The position numbers were made by a program, and so were the translations under genes. Shown piece by piece: positions 20,185-32,238 of a stretch of 64,000 bases of DNA. Source of the stretch: Guillardia theta CCMP2712 (lineage: Eukaryota > Protista > Cryptophyta); the NCBI RefSeq assembly GCF_000315625.1, contig NW_005434601.1:265833-329832 (forward strand), in the 5' to 3' direction. Numbering within the stretch: position 1 is the stretch's first letter; every line of letters starts with the position of its first letter. Below the pieces are notes generated by a model. That model saw only the letters and a list, made by a program, of their open reading frames with translations. It was not told the origin of the DNA and did not search any database.

Positions 20185-20997
20185 CTAGTCCCTCAGACAC
20201 TCCTCCCACTTGCCCTGACCCTCCCTCGACTGCCCGCCCTCCTCCTCCCATGCAAACCAAGGCTCGCCCTGCGCCGGCCTCTCCCAGGCCTCCTCCGCCG
20301 TGCTCGGGCCGTGGCCTAGGGGGACTGCGTCTTGCGCTTCTTCCTCGCCCCAGGCGCCCTCCGTCAGGTACATCTCCCACGTGCTGTCTGGGCTGACGAG
20401 CTCGTCGCCCGACCCCAGGAAGCCCTCCGAGCCCTCCTCCCACCAGGTGCAGCAGCTCTGAGCCTCTGCTGCCTCCTCCTCCGTCCTCGCCCCGCTCTGC
20501 CGCCTCCGCCTCCATCCGTCCAGGCACGCCTGGCCTGACCTGACGCATCGCCCGCAAGGCCTCTCGGGGTCGCACTTGAGCCGCGACCTCCTGCAGCGCT
20601 CGCACGCTTGGGTCACCTGCTCTCGCCTCCGCTGGTACCCCTGCAAGTCCACTCCCAGCGGAAGCCCCCCTTCCTCGTAGCACACGGACCCTGTCCGGAA
20701 GCAGCGCGCGCAGGGCCGCGCTTCCCCGCAGCGCACTTTCTTGAGCTGGCAGCCCAGGCAGGCCTTGCTCGACCTGCGGCGAAGTCCGCGCGTTGCCGTG
20801 GGGGTCCCGAGCGCGGCATCACCAGCCTCTGGTCGAGAGCAGTCGTCCCCGCGTCCGGCCCGGAGGCAGCGGGAGCAAGGGAACTGCTCGTCACAGCGAG
20901 TCTTGCGGCGACGGCACTGGGCGCAAGCAGCGAAGGGGCGAGGAGGAACAGCAAGCGGCATCATGGAGGGGCGAGGAGGAACAGCAAGCGGCATCAT
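20185..20997 (-). CDS. Triple Zn(II)2Cys6 transcription factor, copy 1 (270 aa from first ATG)
   Basis: CAQCRRRKTRCDEQFPCSRCLRAGRGDDC, CLGCQLKKVRCGEARPCARCFRTGSVC and CERCRRSRLKCDPERPCGRCVRSGQAC each fit CX2CX6CX5CX2CX6-8C. Acidic Trp-rich tail; no introns. Confidence 0.9.
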   Translation of the reverse strand: MMPLAVPPRPSMMPLAVPPRPFAACAQCRRRKTRCDEQFPCSRCLRAGRGDDCSRPEAGDAALGTPTATRGLRRRSSKACLGCQLKKVRCGEARPCARCFRTGSVCYEEGGLPLGVDLQGYQRRREQVTQACERCRRSRLKCDPERPCGRCVRSGQACLDGWRRRRQSGARTEEEAAEAQSCCTWWEEGSEGFLGSGDELVSPDSTWEMYLTEGAWGEEEAQDAVPLGHGPSTAEEAWERPAQGEPWFAWEEEGGQSREGQGKWEECLRD

Positions 20998-22575
20998 GTT
21001 GGCTGGAGGGGAAGGAGAGCCCCCAAGAGAGATGATTTCGCATCTCACGGAAACTGAAGATCTCCGTGTAGTAAAATACTTCTTTCTTTTTATGGCACGG
21101 TCCTCTCGTCTGCCTGTCAATTCGTCTTACGCTTTGAGAGGTGCTCTGCATGCTCCTTCGCCAGCGTATCGCTCTGTAGACGGTCTTCATACAAGGATAG
21201 TCTATCGGCCTAGCTGCTCTCCTATGATACATCTCTCTATGAAGATCAAGCCAAAGTCAGTGAGCTTTGGAGATCCTGATGGTAAGGAACCCACGGGAGT
21301 CTGCTTGTACTACAGTTACTACCCGGATGCGCCGCGGCTACTATCATTGACTTGAGCTGCAGTTTGCCTCCTTGGCCTTCTCTTGCTCGCTCTTCTTGCT
21401 CTTTATCTCTCTTGATGACGGCGATCAGGTTGCAATGTCCTTGTACAGGTTAGGGCCTTCGCGTGGAAGGACGAGGATGAGGACTTCGCCGTTTGCTTAG
21501 AAGCATGAGTGTAGGGAACGGACTCGCACACATACAGCTGTGTTTACCTGCAACGCTCTTCCTGCTCCCTGTGCATCATACAGCAGGGATCTGTTGCACG
21601 AGTACGCTGCTTCGCTATGCTATGTCAGGCTGCTCGCAAGTCGCTGTGGAGTGACCTGCAATCACAATCTGTATAGTGCTAGGAACAACTGCTCAGGTGG
21701 TCTGTCCTTTCCCTTGCTGTATGTGCCACGAACCGATAGTGCGTTTATGTTATCTAATAAACTTCATGTCTCTACTCATCAGCTTTTTGTGATCTAGCGG
21801 AGGTGCTTTGAGAATTCGCTGTAGACGTCTGCAACCCATAAAGCTTCACAGGGGTGTGACACGATTTGGTAGCTTTAAGTGTTGGTGTCGTGAGTTGTAA
21901 AGCCTTTTGTTTCCCTCTCCTATCTTTTTGCTTTTTGCGTCTGGATTACTGTATGTCGTACAATACTCGACTGGCTTCTTGCTTCCAAGCAGATCTCTGA
22001 GCATCACCTTTCAGATAATGATTGGCAATCTGTGGGGGACGCTGATGATTTGGGACAAGACCGCGTCGTCACGAAGACGGTGGGGGTGCAATCAACAAGA
22101 CCGCGTCGTCACAATCATTGGAAGACCTGGCTGAGCAGGTTGCGTCGCTCCAGGCGCAACTGCATGCAGCTCTACATATGAGCCAGACCGTGGAGTCCAG
22201 ACCGCCGACCGGGATGATGGCATGTCACATTCTCCAGGTACCGCGGTCACCATGGAAGGGGATGCGAGGAACCTCTTCACACGCTTACCGCTGATCGACG
22301 GCACGGCCGTCGGCATCGACGCCTCTCGCCGTCGATACTCGTGCCCAACACTCGGCAAAAATCAAGAGCTTGCCTAAGTTGGATACCGCTGGGCAGACCC
22401 TGAAGACGAATGTGTTGACGTAGGTCAGAGCAGAACGGTATGCTCTCAAATAAACTACATGTCTCTACACTGCACCTTCTTGTGATCTAGCGCACTCCTC
22501 GCCCACAACGACGGTTGCCTGACAGGCCTCTTGCTGCCCATCTCCACGACAGGGCTGCTCAGCCTTGCTTTATTC

Positions 22576-23421
22576 CTAGTCCCTCAGACACTCCTCCCAC
22601 TTGCCCTGACCCTCCCTCGACTGCCCGCCCTCCTCCTCCCATGCAAACCAAGGCTCGCCCTGCGCCGGCCTCTCCCAGGCCTCCTCCGCCGTGCTCGGGC
22701 CGTGGCCTAGGGGGACTGCGGCTTGCGCTTCTTCCTCGCCCCAGGCGCCCTCCGTCAGGTACATCTCCCACGTGCTGTCTGGGCTGACGAGCTCGTCGCC
22801 CGACCCCAGGAAGCCCTCCGAGCCCTCCTCCCACCAGGTGCAGCAGCTCTGAGCCTCTGCTGCCTCCTCCTCCGTCCTCGCCCCGCTCTGCCGCCTCCGC
22901 CTCCATCCGTCCAGGCACGCCTGGCCTGACCTGACGCATCGCCCGCAAGGCCTCTCGGGGTCGCACTTGAGCCGCGACCTCCTGCAGCGCTCGCACGCTT
23001 GGGTCACCTGCTCTCGCCTCCGCTGGTACCCCTGCAAGTCCACTCCCAGCGGAAGCCCCCCTTCCTCGTAGCACACGGACCCTGTCCGGAAGCAGCGCGC
23101 GCAGGGCCGCGCTTCCCCGCAGCGCACTTTCTTGAGCTGGCAGCCCAGGCAGGCCTTGCTCGACCTGCGGCGAAGTCCGCGCGTTGCCGTGGGGGTCCCG
23201 AGCGCGGCATCACCAGCCTCTGGTCGAGAGCAGTCGTCCCCGCGTCCGGCCCGGAGGCAGCGGGAGCAAGGGAACTGCTCGTCACAGCGAGTCTTGCGGC
23301 GACGGCACTGGGCGCAAGCAGCGAAGGGGCGAGGAGGAACAGCAAGCGGCATCATGGAGGGGCGAGGAGGAACAGCAAGCGGCATCATGGAGGGGCGAGG
23401 AGGAACAGCAAGCGGCATCAT
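22576..23421 (-). CDS. Triple Zn(II)2Cys6 transcription factor, copy 2 (281 aa)
   Basis: As copy 1, with three MMPLAVPPRP repeats. Confidence 0.9.
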   Translation of the reverse strand: MMPLAVPPRPSMMPLAVPPRPSMMPLAVPPRPFAACAQCRRRKTRCDEQFPCSRCLRAGRGDDCSRPEAGDAALGTPTATRGLRRRSSKACLGCQLKKVRCGEARPCARCFRTGSVCYEEGGLPLGVDLQGYQRRREQVTQACERCRRSRLKCDPERPCGRCVRSGQACLDGWRRRRQSGARTEEEAAEAQSCCTWWEEGSEGFLGSGDELVSPDSTWEMYLTEGAWGEEEAQAAVPLGHGPSTAEEAWERPAQGEPWFAWEEEGGQSREGQGKWEECLRD

Positions 23422-24999
23422 GTTGGCTGGAGGGGAAGGAGAGCCCCCAAGAGAGATGATTTCGCATCTCACGGAAACTGAAGATCTCCGTGTAGTAAAA
23501 TACTTCTTTCTTTTTATGGCACGGTCCTCTCGTCTGCCTGTCAATTCGTCTTACGCTTTGAGAGGTGCTCTGCATGCTCCTTCGCCAGCGTATCGCTCTG
23601 TAGACGGTCTTCATACAAGGATAGTCTATCGGCCTAGCTGCTCTCCTATGATACATCTCTCTATGAAGATCAAGCCAAAGTCAGTGAGCTTTGGAGATCC
23701 TGATGGTAAGGAACCCACGGGAGTCTGCTTGTACTACAGTTACTACCCGGATGCGCCGCGGCTACTATCATTGACTTGAGCTGCAGTTTGCCTCCTTGGC
23801 CTTCTCTTGCTCGCTCTTCTTGCTCTTTATCTCTCTTGATGACGGCGATCAGGTTGCAATGTCCTTGTACAGGTTAGGGCCTTCGCGTGGAAGGACGAGG
23901 ATGAGGACTTCGCCGTTTGCTTAGAAGCATGAGTGTAGGGATCGGACTCGCACACATACAGCTGTGTTTACCTGCAACGCTCTTCCTGCTCCCTGTGCAT
24001 CATACAGCAGGGATCTGTTGCACGAGTACGCTGCTTCGCTATGCTATGTCAGGCTGCTCGCAAGTCGCTGTGGAGTGACCTGCAATCACAATCTGTATAG
24101 TGCTTGGAACAACTGCTCAGGTGGTCTGTCCTTTCCCTTGCTGTATGTGCCACGAACCGATAGTGCGTTTATGTTATCTAATAAACTTCATGTCTCTACT
24201 CATCAGCTTTTTGTGATCCAGCGGAGGTGCTTTGAGAATTCGCTGTAGACGTCTGCAACCCATAAAGCTTCACAGGGGTGTGACACGATTTGGTAGCTTT
24301 AAGTGTTGGTGTCGTGAGTTGTAAAGTCTTTTGTTTCCCTCTCCTATCTTTTTGCTTTTTGCGTCTGGATTACTGTATGTCGTACAATACTCGACTGGCT
24401 TCTTGCTTCCAAGCAGATCTCTGAACATCACCTTTCTGATAATGATTGGCAATCTGTGGGGGACGCTGATGATTTGGGACAAGACCGTGTCTTCACGAAG
24501 ACGGTGGGGGTGCAATCAACAAGACCACGTCGTCACAATCATTGGAAGACCTGGCTGAGCAGGTTGCGTCGCTCCAGGCGCAACTGCATGCAGCTCTACA
24601 TATGAGCCAGACCGTGGAGTCCAGACCGCCGACCGGGATGATGGCATGTCACATTCTCCAGGTACCGCGGTCACCATGGAAGGGGATGCGAGGAACCTCT
24701 TCACACGCTTACCGCTGATCGACGGCTCGGCCGTCGGCATCGACGCCTCTCGCTGTCGATACTCGTGCCCAACACTCGGCAAAAATCAAGAGCTTGCCTA
24801 AGTTGGATACCGCTGGGCAGACCCTGAAGACGAATGTGTTGACGTAGGTCAGAGCAGAACGGTATGCTCTCAAATAAACTACATGTCTCTACACTGCACC
24901 TTCTTGTGATCTAGCGCACTCCTCGCCCACAACGACGGTTGCCTGACAGGCCTCTTGCTGCCCATCTCCACGACAGGGCTGCTCAGCCTTGCTTTATTC

Positions 25000-25878
25000 C
25001 TAGTCCCTCAGACACTCCTCCCACTTGCCCTGACCCTCCCTCGACTGCCCGCCCTCCTCCTCCCATGCAAACCAAGGCTCGCCCTGCGCCGGCCTCTCCC
25101 AGGCCTCCTCCGCCGTGCTCGGGCCGTGGCCTAGGGGGACTACGGCTTGCGCTTCTTCCTCGCCCCAGGCGCCCTCCGTCAGGTACATCTCCCACGTGCT
25201 GTCTGGGCTGACGAGCTCGTCGCCCGACCCCAGGAAGCCCTCCGAGCCCTCCTCCCACCAGGTGCAGCAGCTCTGAGCCTCTGCTGCCTCCTCCTCCGTC
25301 CTCGCCCCGCTCTGCCGCCTCCGCCTCCATCCGTCCAGGCACGCCTGGCCTGACCTGACGCATCGCCCGCAAGGCCTCTCGGGGTCGCACTTGAGCCGCG
25401 ACCTCCTGCAGCGCTCGCACGCTTGGGTCACCTGCTCTCGCCTCCGCTGGTACCCCTGCAAGTCCACTCCCAGCGGAAGCCCCCCTTCCTCGTAGCACAC
25501 GGACCCTGTCCGGAAGCAGCGCGCGCAGGGCCGCGCTTCCCCGCAGCGCACTTTCTTGAGCTGGCAGCTCAGGCAGGCCTTGCTCGACCTGCGGCGAAGT
25601 CCGCGCGTTACCGTGGGGGTCCCGAGCGCGGCATCACCAGCCTCTGGTCGAGAGCAGTCGTCCCCGCGTCCGGCCCGGAGGCAGCGGGAGCAAGGGAACT
25701 GCTCGTCACAGCGAGTCTTGCGGCGACGGCACTGGGCGCAAGCAGCGAAGGGGCGAGGAGGAACAGCAAGCGGCATCATGGAGGGGCGAGGAGGAACAGC
25801 AAGCGGCATCATGGAGGGGCGAGGAGGAACAGCAAGCGGCATCATGGAGGGGCGAGGAGGAACAGCAAGCGGCATCAT
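25000..25878 (-). CDS. Triple Zn(II)2Cys6 transcription factor, copy 3 (292 aa)
   Basis: As copy 1, with four N-terminal repeats. Confidence 0.9.
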   Translation of the reverse strand: MMPLAVPPRPSMMPLAVPPRPSMMPLAVPPRPSMMPLAVPPRPFAACAQCRRRKTRCDEQFPCSRCLRAGRGDDCSRPEAGDAALGTPTVTRGLRRRSSKACLSCQLKKVRCGEARPCARCFRTGSVCYEEGGLPLGVDLQGYQRRREQVTQACERCRRSRLKCDPERPCGRCVRSGQACLDGWRRRRQSGARTEEEAAEAQSCCTWWEEGSEGFLGSGDELVSPDSTWEMYLTEGAWGEEEAQAVVPLGHGPSTAEEAWERPAQGEPWFAWEEEGGQSREGQGKWEECLRD

Positions 25879-27456
25879 GTTGGCTGGAGGGGAAGGAGAG
25901 CCCCCAAGAGAGATGATTTCGCATCTCACGGAAACTGAAGATCTCCGTGTAGTAAAATACTTCTTTCTTTTTATGGCACGGTCCTCTCGTCTGCCTGTCA
26001 ATTCGTCTTACGCTTTGAGAGGTGCTCTGCATGCTCCTTCGCCAGCGTATCGCTCTGTAGACGGTCTTCATACAAGGATAGTCTATCGGCCTAGCTGCTC
26101 TCCTATGATACATCTCTCTATGAAGATCAAGCCAAAGTCAGTGAGCTTTGGAGATCCTGATGGTAAGGAACCCACGGGAGTCTGCTTGTACTACAGTTAC
26201 TACCCGGATGCGCCGCGGCTACTATCATTGACTTGAGCTGCAGTTTGCCTCCTTGGCCTTCTCTTGCTCGCTCTTCTTGCTCTTTATCTCTCTTGATGAC
26301 GGCGATCAGGTTGCAATGTCCTTGTACAGGTTAGGGCCTTCGCGTGGAAGGACGAGGATGAGGACTTCGCCGTTTGCTTAGAAGCATGAGTGTAGGGAAC
26401 GGACTCGCACACATACAGCTGTGTTTACCTGCAACGCTCTTCCTGCTCCCTGTGCATCATACAGCAGGGATCTGTTGCACGAGTACGCTGCTTCGCTATG
26501 CTATGTCAGGCTGCTCGCAAGTCGCTGTGGAGTGACCTGCAATCACAATCTGTATAGTGCTTGGAACAACTGCTCAGGTGGTCTGTCCTTTCCCTTGCTG
26601 TATGTGCCACGAACCGATAGTGCGTTTATGTTATCTAATAAACTTCATGTCTCTACTCATCAGCTTTTTGTGATCCAGCGGAGGTGCTTTGAGAATTCGC
26701 TGTAGACGTCTGCAACCCATAAAGCTTCACAGGGGTGTGACACGATTTGGTAGCTTTAAGTGTTGGTGTCGTGAGTTGTAAAGTCTTTTGTTTCCCTCTC
26801 CTATCTTTTTGCTTTTTGCGTCTGGATTACTGTATGTCGTACAATACTCGACTGGCTTCTTGCTTCCAAGCAGATCTCTGAACATCACCTTTCTGATAAT
26901 GATTGGCAATCTGTGGGGGACGCTGATGATTTGGGACAAGACCGTGTCTTCACGAAGACGGTGGGGGTGCAATCAACAAGACCACGTCGTCACAATCATT
27001 GGAAGACCTGGCTGAGCAGGTTGCGTCGCTCCAGGCGCAACTGCATGCAGCTCTACATATGAGCCAGACCGTGGAGTCCAGACCGCCGACCGGGATGATG
27101 GCATGTCACATTCTCCAGGTACCGCGGTCACCATGGAAGGGGATGCGAGGAACCTCTTCACACGCTTACCGCTGATCGACGGCTCGGCCGTCGGCATCGA
27201 CGCCTCTCGCTGTCGATACTCGTGCCCAACACTCGGCAAAAATCAAGAGCTTGCCTAAGTTGGATACCGCTGGGCAGACCCTGAAGACGAATGTGTTGAC
27301 GTAGGTCAGAGCAGAACGGTATGCTCTCAAATAAACTACATGTCTCTACACTGCACCTTCTTGTGATCTAGCGCACTCCTCGCCCACAACGACGGTTGCC
27401 TGACAGGCCTCTTGCTGCCCATCTCCACGACAGGGCTGCTCAGCCTTGCTTTATTC

Positions 27457-28269
27457 CTAGTCCCTCAGACACTCCTCCCACTTGCCCTGACCCTCCCTCG
27501 ACTGCCCGCCCTCCTCCTCCCATGCAAACCAAGGCTCGCCCTGCGCCGGCCTCTCCCAGGCCTCCTCCGCCGTGCTCGGGCCGTGGCCTAGGGGGACTAC
27601 GGCTTGCGCTTCTTCCTCGCCCCAGGCGCCCTCCGTCAGGTACATCTCCCACGTGCTGTCTGGGCTGACGAGCTCGTCGCCCGACCCCAGGAAGCCCTCC
27701 GAGCCCTCCTCCCACCAGGTGCAGCAGCTCTGAGCCTCTGCTGCCTCCTCCTCCGTCCTCGCCCCGCTCTGCCGCCTCCGCCTCCATCCGTCCAGGCACG
27801 CCTGGCCTGACCTGACGCATCGCCCGCAAGGCCTCTCGGGGTCGCACTTGAGCCGCGACCTCCTGCAGCGCTCGCACGCTTGGGTCACCTGCTCTCGCCT
27901 CCGCTGGTACCCCTGCAAGTCCACTCCCAGCGGAAGCCCCCCTTCCTCGTAGCACACGGACCCTGTCCGGAAGCAGCGCGCGCAGGGCCGCGCTTCCCCG
28001 CAGCGCACTTTCTTGAGCTGGCAGCTCAGGCAGGCCTTGCTCGACCTGCGGCGAAGCCCGCGCGTTACCGTGGGGGTCCCGAGCGCGGCATCACCAGCCT
28101 CTGGTCGAGAGCAGTCGTCCCCGCGTCCGGCCCGGAGGCAGCGGGAGCAAGGGAACTGCTCGTCACAGCGAGTCTTGCGGCGACGGCACTGGGCGCAAGC
28201 AGCGAAGGGGCGAGGAGGAACAGCAAGCGGCATCATGGAGGGGCGAGGAGGAACAGCAAGCGGCATCAT
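27457..28269 (-). CDS. Triple Zn(II)2Cys6 transcription factor, copy 4 (270 aa)
   Basis: As copy 1, with two N-terminal repeats. Confidence 0.9.
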   Translation of the reverse strand: MMPLAVPPRPSMMPLAVPPRPFAACAQCRRRKTRCDEQFPCSRCLRAGRGDDCSRPEAGDAALGTPTVTRGLRRRSSKACLSCQLKKVRCGEARPCARCFRTGSVCYEEGGLPLGVDLQGYQRRREQVTQACERCRRSRLKCDPERPCGRCVRSGQACLDGWRRRRQSGARTEEEAAEAQSCCTWWEEGSEGFLGSGDELVSPDSTWEMYLTEGAWGEEEAQAVVPLGHGPSTAEEAWERPAQGEPWFAWEEEGGQSREGQGKWEECLRD

Positions 28270-29847
28270 GTTGGCTGGAGGGGAAGGAGAGCCCCCAAGA
28301 GAGATGATTTCGCATCTCACGGAAACTGAAGATCTCCGTGTAGTAAAATACTTCTTTCTTTTTATGGCACGGTCCTCTCGTCTGCCTGTCAATTCGTCTT
28401 ACGCTTTGAGAGGTGCTCTGCATGCTCCTTCGCCAGCGTATCGCTCTGTAGACGGTCTTCATACAAGGATAGTCTATCGGCCTAGCTGCTCTCCTATGAT
28501 ACATCTCTCTATGAAGATCAAGCCAAAGTCAGTGAGCTTTGGAGATCCTGATGGTAAGGAACCCACGGGAGTCTGCTTGTACTACAGTTACTACCCGGAT
28601 GCGCCGCGGCTACTATCATTGACTTGAGCTGCAGTTTGCCTCCTTGGCCTTCTCTTGCTCGCTCTTCTTGCTCTTTATCTCTCTTGATGACGGCGATCAG
28701 GTTGCAATGTCCTTGTACAGGTTAGGGCCTTCGCGTGGAAGGACGAGGATGAGGACTTCGCCGTTTGCTTAGAAGCATGAGTGTAGGGAACGGACTCGCA
28801 CACATACAGCTGTGTTTACCTGCAACGCTCTTCCTGCTCCCTGTGCATCATACAGCAGGGATCTGTTGCACGAGTACGCTGCTTCGCTATGCTATGTCAG
28901 GCTGCTCGCAAGTCGCTGTGGAGTGACATGCAATCACAATCTGTATAGTGCTAGGAACAACTGCTCAGGTGGTCTGTCCTTTCCCTTGCTGTATGTGCCA
29001 CGAACCGATAGTGCGTTTATGTTATCTAATAAACTTCATGTCTCTACTCATCAGCTTTTTGTGATCCAGCGGAGGTGCTTTGAGAATTCGCTGTAGACGT
29101 CTGCAACCCATAAAGCTTCACAGGGGTGTGACACGATTTGGTAGCTTTAAGTGTTGGTGTCGTGAGTTGTAAAGCCTTTTGTTTCCCTCTCCTATCTTTT
29201 TGCTTTTTGCGTCTGGATTACTGTATGTCGTACAATACTCGACTGGCTTCTTGCTTCCAAGCAGATCTCTGAGCATCACCTTTCAGATAATGATTGGCAA
29301 TCTGTGGGGGACGCTGATGATTTGGGACAAGACCGCGTCGTCACGAAGACGGTGGGGGTGCAATCAACAAGACCGCGTCGTCACAATCATTGGAAGACCT
29401 GGCTGAGCAGGTTGCGTCGCTCCAGGCGCAACTGCATGCAGCTCTACATATGAGCCAGACCGTGGAGTCCAGACCGCCGACCGGGATGATGGCATGTCAC
29501 ATTCTCCAGGTACCGCGGTCACCATGGAAGGGGATGCGAGGAACCTCTTCACACGCTTACCGCTGATCGACGGCTCGGCCGTCGGCATCGACGCCTCTCG
29601 CTGTCGATACTCGTGCCCAACACTCGGCAAAAATCAAGAGCTTGCCTAAGTTGGATACCGCTGGGCAGACCCTGAAGACGAATGTGTTGACGTAGGTCAG
29701 AGCAGAACGGTATGCTCTCAAATAAACTACATGTCTCTACACTGCACCTTCTTGTGATCTAGCGCACTCCTCGCCCACAACGACGGTTGCCTGACAGGCC
29801 TCTTGCTGCCCATCTCCACGACAGGGCTGCTCAGCCTTGCTTTATTC

Positions 29848-30660
29848 CTAGTCCCTCAGACACTCCTCCCACTTGCCCTGACCCTCCCTCGACTGCCCGC
29901 CCTCCTCCTCCCATGCAAACCAAGGCTCGCCCTGCGCCGGCCTCTCCCAGGCCTCCTCCGCTGTGCTCGGGCCGTGGCCTAGGGGGACTACGGCTTGCGC
30001 TTCTTCCTCGCCCCAGGCGCCCTCCGTCAGGTACATCTCCCACGTGCTGTCTGGGCTGACGAGCTCGTCGCCCGACCCCAGGAAGCCCTCCGAGCCCTCC
30101 TCCCACCAGGTGCAGCAGCTCTGAGCCTCTGCTGCCTCCTCCTCCGTCCTCGCCCCGCTCTGCCGCCTCCGCCTCCATCCGTCCAGGCACGCCTGGCCTG
30201 ACCTGACGCATCGCCCGCAAGGCCTCTCGGGGTCGCACTTGAGCCGCGACCTCCTGCAGCGCTCGCACGCTTGGGTCACCTGCTCTCGCCTCCGCTGGTA
30301 CCCCTGCAAGTCCACTCCCAGCGGAAGCCCCCCTTCCTCGTAGCACACGGACCCTGTCCGGAAGCAGCGCGCGCAGGGCCGCGCTTCCCCGCAGCGCACT
30401 TTCTTGAGCTGGCAGCCCAGGCAGGCCTTGCTCGACCTGCGGCGAAGTCCGCGCGTTGCCGTGGGGGTCCCGAGCGCGGCATCACCAGCCTCTGGTCGAG
30501 AGCAGTCGTCCCCGCGTCCGGCCCGGAGGCAGCGGGAGCAAGGGAACTGCTCGTCACAGCGAGTCTTGCGGCGACGGCACTGGGCGCAAGCAGCGAAGGG
30601 GCGAGGAGGAACAGCAAGCGGCATCATGGAGGGGCGAGGAGGAACAGCAAGCGGCATCAT
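29848..30660 (-). CDS. Triple Zn(II)2Cys6 transcription factor, copy 5 (270 aa)
   Basis: As copy 1, with two N-terminal repeats. Confidence 0.9.
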   Translation of the reverse strand: MMPLAVPPRPSMMPLAVPPRPFAACAQCRRRKTRCDEQFPCSRCLRAGRGDDCSRPEAGDAALGTPTATRGLRRRSSKACLGCQLKKVRCGEARPCARCFRTGSVCYEEGGLPLGVDLQGYQRRREQVTQACERCRRSRLKCDPERPCGRCVRSGQACLDGWRRRRQSGARTEEEAAEAQSCCTWWEEGSEGFLGSGDELVSPDSTWEMYLTEGAWGEEEAQAVVPLGHGPSTAEEAWERPAQGEPWFAWEEEGGQSREGQGKWEECLRD

Positions 30661-32238
30661 GTTGGCTGGAGGGGAAGGAGAGCCCCCAAGAGAGATGATT
30701 TCGCATCTCACGGAAACTGAAGATCTCCGTGTAGTAAAATACTTCTTTCTTTTTATGGCACGGTCCTCTCGTCTGCCTGTCAATTCGTCTTACGCTTTGA
30801 GAGGTGCTCTGCATGCTCCTTCGCCAGCGTATCGCTCTGTAGACGGTCTTCATACAAGGATAGTCTATCGGCCTAGCTGCTCTCCTATGATACATCTCTC
30901 TATGAAGATCAAGCCAAAGTCAGTGAGCTTTGGAGATCCTGATGGTAAGGAACCCACGGGAGTCTGCTTGTACTACAGTTACTACCCGGATGCGCCGCGG
31001 CTACTATCATTGACTTGAGCTGCAGTTTGCCTCCTTGGCCTTCTCTTGCTCGCTCTTCTTGCTCTTTATCTCTCTTGATGACGGCGATCAGGTTGCAATG
31101 TCCTTGTACAGGTTAGGGCCTTCGCGTGGAAGGACGAGGATGAGGACTTCGCCGTTTGCTTAGAAGCATGAGTGTAGGGATCGGACTCGCACACATACAG
31201 CTGTGTTTACCTGCAACGCTCTTCCTGCTCCCTGTGCATCATACAGCAGGGATCTGTTGCACGAGTACGCTGCTTCGCTATGCTATGTCAGGCTGCTCGC
31301 AAGTCGCTGTGGAGTGACATGCAATCACAATCTGTATAGTGCTAGGAACAACTGCTCAGGTGGTCTGTCCTTTCCCTTGCTGTATGTGCCACGAACCGAT
31401 AGTGCGTTTATGTTATCTAATAAACTTCATGTCTCTACTCATCAGCTTTTTGTGATCCAGCGGAGGTGCTTTGAGAATTCGCTGTAGACGTCTGCAACCC
31501 ATAAAGCTTCACAGGGGTGTGACACGATTTGGTAGCTTTAAGTGTTGGTGTCGTGAGTTGTAAAGCCTTTTGTTTCCCTCTCCTATCTTTTTGCTTTTTG
31601 CGTCTGGATTACTGTATGTCGTACAATACTCGACTGGCTTCTTGCTTCCAAGCAGATCTCTGAACATCACCTTTCTGATAATGATTGGCAATCTGTGGGG
31701 GACGCTGATGATTTGGGACAAGACCGTGTCTTCACGAAGACGGTGGGGGTGCAATCAACAAGACCACGTCGTCACAATCATTGGAAGACCTGGCTGAGCA
31801 GGTTGCGTCGCTCCAGGCGCAACTGCATGCAGCTCTACATATGAGCCAGACCGTGGAGTCCAGACCGCCGACCGGGATGATGGCATGTCACATTCTCCAG
31901 GTACCGCGGTCACCATGGAAGGGGATGCGAGGAACCTCTTCACACGCTTACCGCTGATCGACGGCTCGGCCGTCGGCATCGACGCCTCTCGCTGTCGATA
32001 CTCGTGCCCAACACTCGGCAAAAATCAAGAGCTTGCCTAAGTTGGATACCGCTGGGCAGACCCTGAAGACGAATGTGTTGACGTAGGTCAGAGCAGAACG
32101 GTATGCTCTCAAATAAACTACATGTCTCTACACTGCACCTTCTTGTGATCTAGCGCACTCCTCGCCCACAACGACGGTTGCCTGACAGGCCTCTTGCTGC
32201 CCATCTCCACGACAGGGCTGCTCAGCCTTGCTTTATTC

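Noticed and set aside
20998-21120. N-terminal extension MTGRREDRAIKRKKYF in the ORF track
   Set aside because: It begins at TTG, not ATG, and is absent from copy 8.
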